This document shows positions 50,810 to 59,395 of a stretch of 59,395 nt of DNA, piece after piece; position 1 is the stretch's first letter, and every line of letters begins with the position of its first letter. Origin of the DNA: Octopus bimaculoides (lineage: Eukaryota); contig NC_068992.1 in the NCBI RefSeq assembly GCF_001194135.2, positions 61,843,436 through 61,902,830 of the forward strand, written 5' to 3'. The translations under genes were made by a program, and so were the position numbers. A model generated the notes under the pieces. That model ran no database searches. It was not told the DNA's origin and saw nothing but the letters and a program-made list of their open reading frames with translations.

Positions 50810-51690
50810 TACACCCATAAACCAACACTCATCACACTTAAAGCCTTCCTAAGCGTACATATGTATATATGTGTGTGAGCAATTAATTACTCACATACAC
50901 ACACGTATATAAGTACATTTATCTCTTTTATATATGCATATGTGTACACACACACACACATATATATGCATATATATGTATGTATATATACACACATATA
51001 TATTATATAGACATGTATGTGTCAATATATGTATATCTTCTTCTTTCTCCTCTTCAATCGTCATCGTCATCGCAATCATCATCATCACCGTCGTCGTCGT
51101 CTTCGTCGTCGACGTCATCATCATCATCATCATTATCATCATCATCATTATCATCATCAATATATTTATGCACTTGTGCGCCTGTGATTATGTATATACA
51201 TAAATGTATGGGTATGTGTGTGTGTGTGTGTGCGTGCGCGTGCGTATGTGTGTGTGTGTGTGTGTAAAGAAAGAAAGACAGAAATAAAGAAAAGAAAATG
51301 AAATGAAAGAAAGAAAAAAGAAAGGAAAAAATAAGTTCTTGAGTAGACGAATGAGTTGCACCTGTTTTTACGTTTTTGTTTCTAAGANNNNNNNNNNNNN
51401 NNNNNNNNNNNNNNNNNNNNNNNNNNNNNNNNNNNNNNNNNNNNNNNNNNNNNNNNNNNNNNNNNNNNNNNNNNNNNNNNNNNNNNNNNNNNNNNNNNNN
51501 NNNNNNNNNNNNNNNNNNNNNNNNNNNNNNNNNNNNNNNNNNNNNNNNNNNNNNNNNNNNNNNNNNNNNNNNNNNNNNNNNNNNNNNNNNNNNNNNNNNN
51601 NNNNNNNNNNNNNNNNNNNNNNNNNNNNNNNNNNNNNNNNNNNNNNNNNNNNNNNNNNNNNNNNNNNNNNNNNNNNNNNNNNNNNNNNNN

Positions 51691-51739
<49 letters not shown>

Positions 51740-52043
51740 TATATGTATATATATACATACATGCACATACATACAACATACGTATATATTCGCATACATA
51801 CACACTAGCACACACACATATATGTGTGTGTGTGTGTATGCATGTATATATGTGTGTATATATACATATTATATAAAAACATACAAATATCCGTCAGCCA
51901 TTTTAATGAAATTTTTTTCTCATTCTCCCCATCCCCCGGAAAAGAAAATCAAGAAACGAAAATGGAAAAAAAGACGCAACTCGTTCTTTTTTCATATACT
52001 CCTTTTCTTTCTTTCTTTCGTTCGTTCGTTCGTTCGTTCGTTC

Positions 52044-52086
<43 letters not shown>

Positions 52087-52466
52087 TCAAAATCCAATCT
52101 TGTGTGTAATCCTTTAACATTATAACTCAGTGCTTTTGTGGAACTTATTTTACCGTTCCAATTTACTTAAAATGCATCTTCAAACTTGCTGATCATCATT
52201 TCTTTTTCAACTTAGAGGCTAACAACAACAACAACAGCAGCAGCAACAATAACAGTAACATCGTAAATCATATTCCATGATGGGTGTGATGTTTGTTTTC
52301 GTAGTCTTTGACTTTTAATGAATGCCATTTGAGATTATCACGAAAAAAATGACCAAAACGAAGATGTAATGATAACAATTTCCCTAATCAGCCATCTGAT
52401 TGTTGTTGTTGTTATTGTTCTTCTTCTTTTCGAGTTTGTAGCGTTCTTCCTACATATATACATGAT

Positions 52467-52499
<33 letters not shown>

Positions 52500-52888
52500 C
52501 ACTCATGCATAACATACACAGATTACACATTCATATGTATATTGTGAAAATCCAGTTAACTCTACTCCCCGAATAGAGTCAGATCGTCAATTACTTCTAA
52601 AATTGCTTTAAATGTAAAAAAAACAAAAAAAAACAAAGATACCGGTGTCTATAACATTTTATAATATTTATACGGACGTGGAGCGGCACCAGTTCTAACA
52701 CTTTGTTCCAGAGAAACTTCTCGAAGATATTTGTGTATTAAAAAGAGCAAGGCAGGGAAAAGTCACCGGAAAAGAATCACATTTTATTTAAATACTGTTA
52801 ACAATTAAAATAATAAAACAAAAGATATTTTATATAATTTATTAACTGACAGTTTCATAGCTTGTGTACAGTTTATATGTGATGACAT

Positions 52889-53112
52889 TACAAGAAGCTG
52901 GTGCTGAAAATTTCGTCGCTTTAAGGGTATCGTGAAAGGCCTGGTTGGAGGTCCAGTCTTCTGAGTTCTTTTTACAGGGCTTAGAAAAACTGAAGGACCG
53001 TTGCAATGTGTGAATCTGAGAGGAGGGGAATATGTTGAATAAAATCATGATTAATTGATTCTCCTGTATTTTCTTTTATTCAGAGTCAGGAACTTTTTAG
53101 TATCTCCTTGTA
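52889..53112 (+). mobile_element. mariner-derived MITE carrying the transposase C-terminus
   Basis: TA-flanked, degenerate TIRs; encodes KAWLEVQSSEFFLQGLEKLKDRC followed by a frameshifted RGEYVE*-type ending. Confidence 0.85.
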
Positions 53113-53512
53113 CACACATATGAGGAAAAGTATCAACGACCTTGTATTTCAATTTCTTAAGCAAATTAAGGCAATGAAAAAAAAAAAATTAAGTTAGATT
53201 TTTATAGACAATACATACATGCCCTAGATTTTGGTGCCCCCATACATATATGTAATTCAAACTATAGGCAATAATAAACCATGAAATAAAATTTTCCGCT
53301 CATATAAACAACATCGAATATTATTTTAACAAGTTTAACGTGATTTCTTTTGTGCTGTAAACCATTTACCATTTCTGTGGTGTACCCCTCCCCCCAATTT
53401 CCTTGATGTCCTAAGCACAAGCTTATTTTGCATAATGGTTAATCCAGAGGTGAATATATGACATGTACAGATTGAAATCACCTTTCACAGTATCGTGGCA
53501 TTACATGGATAC

Positions 53513-53652
53513 TCAGTATTTTAAATGTTGATTAAGACGAATATGCCAGCCGACGCCACGAAGAAACTCTGCTACGGTTTCGTGGTTCTTCAGTGTTTTT
53601 TCAGTGACTATACTTCTGTGATTTTTTTTCTTGAATTCTTTGTGGCCTGTAG
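53513..53652 (-). other. Possible terminal coding exon of an unidentified gene
   Basis: Acceptor TTTTCCTTTTTCTCACACACAG, then a single open frame xTGHKEFKKKNHRSIVTEKTLKNHETVAEFLRGVGWHIRLNQHLKY*; no family recognised. Confidence 0.25.
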
Positions 53653-54214
53653 CTGTGTGTGAGAAAAAGGAAAACAACTTTCTGTAATGAAGCCATATTG
53701 TCACAAAATATCCGTTGTGCTTTTTGTTTTTCTTCAAACAGAACAATTTTATTCATTAGAAGACGTTCAGCAATTCGCTTCACTCCCCACTTTCCATTAA
53801 CTTGCTCATCAGTCCTTGTTCCACTTCTAATGATCTTGGAGAAGGAATTGATTTTAACAGCTTGTGTTAAACTTATACATAATGTTTAAGCAACCAATTA
53901 GCTCATAGCCTTCTGCCAAGTTAGTATTTTTATTCTTGGCTAAAAGATTTGTCCTTTCTGTGCTGCCGTAAAATAAATAAATAGAATCAGTTTCGTGTAT
54001 CAATTTCACCTTCCATAGTTTTTTTTAATGTACCATAGAGAAAGAAATGGAGAGAGAGAAAGAGAGAGAGAGAGGAGAGAGGAGAGAGAGAGGAGGACGG
54101 AGAGAGAGAGAGGAATAGAACTGGAAAGAGTAAATATGTATGGAGAGTGATAGGAATAGAACGAGAAAGATAGATAAATATATATGGAGAGAGATAAGTA
54201 AAAATAGAGTGAGG

Positions 54215-54303
<89 letters not shown>

Positions 54304-54739
54304 GTGAAACATCAACGTTGTCGTGTATCACAACGTGTCGTGGCTCAACATCCAGTACCAATGTCTCGAACTATATTAAGTTTCTCCATGGTATATTTCG
54401 ATTCTGCAGACTTCCCCACAGATTTCCTGAATGCCCAGTGCATGTGTTGCATACGATGTTGGCACAGCATGCCTTCCTCATTGTAATACACTCATCTTTA
54501 TCTGTAGTTAATTTTTCTCTTGCTCACTCTAGCCCGGGTTGTTCTATGGGCACTTCCTTATTATTTTTTTGTTTACTAAAAGATTAGTAAATAAACTATC
54601 AGGAACAATCACCTAATTCATTGACCTTTTTATTCTCCATGAGGTGATGATACCATTTCGAAAGTCCACCGATTAACTGTTATAACTGCTTCACGACTGA
54701 GATAGTTAACTTATTGATTCTAGGAAAGTACCCAGTAAG

Positions 54740-56030
54740 TATATGTGTGTGTATGTATTAAGTGTGTGTACGTAAGTATGTCTATGTATATATGTGTATG
54801 TATGTGTGCATGCGTGTATGTATGCAGTATGTGTTTGTAAATGTATGTACAAGTATATGTCTATGTATATATAAAAATATGTTATATACACATGTTTGTA
54901 TGTAAGTACGTATATATAAATATATATAAATATATATATAAGTACACATGCATATATATGAGCGTACGTACACATGTATGTTTGCATGTATATATGAATA
55001 TATCTAAGAATATATGTATGTATGCGTGATGTATGCATGTATGTACGTTATGTATGTGTGTATGTATTCATATATGTATGTTTGCGTGAACATAAGTATG
55101 TGTGTATGTATGTATGTTCTTTTTCTGTTTTTGATTGAGAATAAACTCTGACCGGTCACCTACTTGCTGGCAAAGTTGTGAAGGAAAGTTTCAACCATTA
55201 CCATGTAAATCTTAAGATTTTGCAGATTTCTATAATCCCGGGTATCGTGAGCGTTTGTAGCATATGGATTAAAGATTTGTGTTCTCTTCCTAAGATCCCA
55301 AGTTCAGCCATATTTTTGCTCCAGACGGTGTGGTATGTATCCTGTTGCTCCGTTAATAAGTACGAAGCTGCAAATGTATCTTGGATACAGGATTTGGTTC
55401 ATATAAGTGGTCCATAGAAATCCTTTTTCTCTGTATGTATGCATGTATGTATGAATGAATGTATGTACGTATGTATGCATGCATGTATGTATGTATGTAT
55501 ATATGTATGTAGGTATGTATGCCTGTAATTATCTATGTTTGCAAGAACGTTTGAATTTAGGAGTGTATGTACGTTTGTATATATAAATGTATGTATGAAT
55601 ATATGCCTTTATGTAAGTATGTATGTACATATGTATGTATGAAGTAATGTAAGTTCGTATGTATGCATATATGAATGTATGTATGTTTATATATGAATGA
55701 ATGTATGTATGAATTAATCTGTCTACGTATATATGTATGTGCATCTCTGTTAGCCTGCATTTTATTACATGTGGAAATCTTTATATGATACCTTATGCAT
55801 ATGCGTATATATATATGCATATGCGTATATATATATGCATATGCGTATATATATATGCATATGCGTATATATATATGCATATGCGTATATATATATGCAA
55901 GTATGCATGCATGGATGTATTTATGTACTCATGCATGTATGCATGTGTGTATGAATGCATTAGTGTATCTATGTATGCATTATGTATGTATGTATGTATG
56001 TATGTACGTCTCTGTACCTATGTACCTGTG
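54740..56030. repeat. Degenerate (TATG)-rich microsatellite field, including a 20-bp x5 tandem near 55800-55900
   Basis: Direct reading. Confidence 0.9.
55118..55417 (-). mobile_element. R4/Dong-like retrotransposon 3' end
   Basis: GATGYIP../NMAELGILGREHKSLIHMLQTLTIPGIIEICKILRFTW*, short 3' UTR, A-rich end abutting (CATA)n. Confidence 0.7.
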
Positions 56031-56191
56031 TACGCACGAGTGTATATATCCTAGACACTCGTTGGCTTTCGTTGTTGTTAGTTTTCCACTTTGGTAGGTC
56101 AAAGAATTAAGAAATTGTCTGCGTGTGTATATGTATGTGTGTGTGTGTGTATGTTTATGTGTGTTTGTTTGTGTGCGCGCGTATGTATGTT

Positions 56192-56246
<55 letters not shown>

Positions 56247-56399
56247 GTATCAATAATGGACAAGTTTATTGATTAAGATTTCTCGCCTTAGGATAAATTC
56301 TATTTCAGCCAAAAGACCAGATCGATAATTCACTGGCAACCCTTCCAGGATAATGGGCAGATTTACAAATGTTAGGGACGGTTCAGATGTGGGACTATA

Positions 56400-57030
56400 G
56401 CAGCGGTGGTGGTGTTGATGGTGGAAGTGGTAATGTTGTTGTTGTTGGTGATGATGGTATTGTTGTTGTTGTTGGTAATTGTAATGGCGGTGGCAGTGAC
56501 GTTGATGTTGTTGGCGGTGATGGTGGTGATGGTAATGATGATGGTATTGGTCGTGATGATATTGGTGGTGATGCCGATGGTTGCAGTGATGGACGATACT
56601 GGTAAGGATAAGGCTTTTGTTACGGTGTGACATTGGCAATGGTTCTGGGTGAGGATGATGATGGTGGTAGTAGTGGTAGTATGATGATAGTAGTGAAAGC
56701 GGTGGTATGATATTGGTGGTGGTGGCATGACGATGGGGTAGTGTTGTTGTTAGTAGTTGTCGTATGACGGCAGCGGTGATTTTATGACGGTGGTGGTGCT
56801 ATGATGGTAGTTGGATCATGATGGAGGCGGTGATATGATGGTGATGGTGGTGGAGGTGTGATGTTGGTGGAGGTGTGATGTTGGTGGAGGTGTGATGTTA
56901 GTGGAGGTGTGATGTTGGTGATGGGATGATGGCGGAGGTGGTATGATGGTGATGGTGGTGGAAGTGCTATGTTGGTGGGAGCGTGATGGTGGTGATGGGA
57001 TAACGGTGGTGGTACTGGTAATAGATATTC
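56400..57030. repeat. GGT/GAT/GTT trinucleotide low-complexity tract
   Basis: Direct reading. Confidence 0.9.
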
Positions 57031-57750
57031 TACCGTTGTAGAGAGCGAACACTGTCCAGTGGCATAGCTTGAATTTTAGCCACCTTGTGTGCTAGAGAAA
57101 TTGGCCGCTTCCTTCAAGATAAGTTTGACACCTCAAACGCAGATCCAGCATCAAGTGGTCGCCCTGTGAGGTCCGTACACCCCGTAAAATTCGCAACCTG
57201 CACCCCAAAACACCCGACACTACATCTCTGGGATGGTAGATTTTAAGGGTCTCATAATGGACGAGCATATAAATGTACCGGTGACATTGATCTTAACTGT
57301 TGCGATAGCATCGATAGCGGTTGTTGTTATGCATATTGTTGGTATTGCTGTTATTGTTCTTGTGTTTGTTATCACAGTTATGGTTACTCTTGCTATTATA
57401 GTCATGTCATTGTTGTTGTTCTTGCTATTGTTGTGGTTATTGTTGTTGTTGTTAATGTTGTTATTGTTGTTTGGCTGGTTACATTCTTTTTCCTATCCTC
57501 TCACTGATGTTATGACCTAAGCGTATTTCTTCTCCGATTTTGAGGTTCGATTATTGACGCCTTAGTGATAGGATTGTTGCAAGTATTGTGTATGATGTAA
57601 GATACGAGTAATGAATAAAGTGGCGTGCTACTGAAACATAGGTAGTACAGGCCCACCTGCTATCTTCCTTTTCTTCTCCTTTATCATAGATAGGTAGATA
57701 GATAAATAGATAGATAGATGCTTACATACATTCATACATAAATACATCTG

Positions 57751-57848
<98 letters not shown>

Positions 57849-58254
57849 TCACACACACGCCACATTCATTCACATGTGTGTGTGCGAATATTATGTGCAT
57901 ATATATGCAGACACTGTATTTTTGTCCAAATAAAAGCACTGATTCAATATACAAACATATCTGCATACATAATATATACATACACACAGGCGCATGTATG
58001 TGTATATGTGTGTGCGTGCGTGGTTTTATATATATATATATATATACACAGGCGCATGTATGTGTATATGTGTGTGCGTGCGTGGTTTTATATATATATA
58101 TATATACACACACATACATGCAGATATACACGCGCGCGCGCGCACACACACACACGTATATATACATATATGTAACATTGTATACATATATATATATCTA
58201 TATACAAAGAGAAAGCGATCGAGTGAAAGGGAGAGAGGGAGAGAGAGGAGAGCC

Positions 58255-58359
<105 letters not shown>

Positions 58360-59356
58360 GCATGAGGAAATAGTGCATGAACTAAGAAAATATTGAATTT
58401 ATTGATAAATCTTTCGATAGATTTCATTTCTTCTGCTGAATGATCTAAGGCGAATCAAATTGATTTTCGATCGATACAAATAGCTGCATAATCTCTTATC
58501 AATTAATAAGTGAATCACATGACCGGACAAAAACAGGGAAAATGAGGGAGGGAGTGTGAAAGAGAGAGTGAAAGAGAAAGAGAGAGAAAAAGAAAGAGAG
58601 AAGTAAATTAAATGAGTTACTCAAGTTTAGGAAATATCACTAACTGAAGAGCTTTGTAGTTATATAGTGTTTTGCAGAATTTTGTAGAATGCTACTGAGT
58701 TTTGTAGAGTGTTGTATAATTTTATGATTTTGTAGAGTTTTGTAGTGTTGTAGAACTTTGCAGTGCTTTGTACAAGTTTGTTGAGTTTCATAGAGTTTTG
58801 TGGAGCTTTATCAAGCTTTACAGAGTTTTATCGAGGTTCGTAGTCTTTTGTAGAGTTGTATCGAGTTTTGTAGCTTTGCATAGTTTTATCGTTTTGTAGA
58901 GCTTCAAAGAATTTGTGGAGTTTTATTGAAGTATGGAAAGTTTTATAGAGTGACATTGTACATTTTGTTGCCGTTGTCAGCTCTCATCATGCTGATACTG
59001 GATCATAGAGTCTCCATCTGAGACCATCCTATAATTACTTAGCTTATTTACTTATTTAAAACGATGGTACGGTATATTAGAGAGAGTTGGTTACTTTTAG
59101 CAAGCCGAATAAACATGTAGAAGTTCTCCACTGGATTCGTAATGGTGTTTTTGTAGAGTTGTGTAGAGATCTTTTAAAGAATATTTTATAGTTTGTAGAG
59201 TGAGTTTGTAGTGACTTGGCCATCTTTACATATTGTCCATTGATATGGACAGGGCAGAGAGTTTCTAAACATCGACCATATTCTGTCTCCTCACATACAC
59301 ACTCATGCTCACACAGACAGGCCCACATACGTCTACATTGGCAAGGACGAGCGCGC

Positions 59357-59395
<39 letters not shown>

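Noticed and set aside
54330-54360. DIGTG resembling methyltransferase motif I
   Set aside because: Followed at once by a stop, preceded by an atypical Arg, and no other methyltransferase motifs are present.

Overview
AT-rich, repeat- and microsatellite-dense eukaryotic DNA with many N gaps. The SINE families, microsatellite load and gap pattern point to a coleoid cephalopod, probably Octopus (inference, not a database result). Two well-supported intact CDSs: an intronless AIG1/ADTRP (FAR-17a) family hydrolase (19039-19836, +) and a 313-aa Merlin/IS1595(ISXO2)-type transposase-derived ORF (9672-10613, -). The latter has lost its first catalytic Asp and the VNH motif, shows no recognisable TIRs, and has an upstream splice acceptor and a downstream polyA signal, so it is a candidate domesticated transposase. 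Three further Merlin sequences lie within 32 kb: a decayed transposase, an internally deleted element whose TIR ends 174 bp upstream of the AIG1-like ATG, and a young MITE with perfect 29-bp TIRs and a 9-bp TSD. A probable first coding exon with promoter motifs lies at 6460-6840 (-). The rest is TE debris: Helitron ends; RTE, Tx1/L1, R4/Dong-like and Penelope fragments; an irritans-type mariner; mariner, pogo and piggyBac MITEs; and three tRNA-SINE families. Two hammerhead-ribozyme-like motifs are also present. All alignments and motif calls were made by eye.
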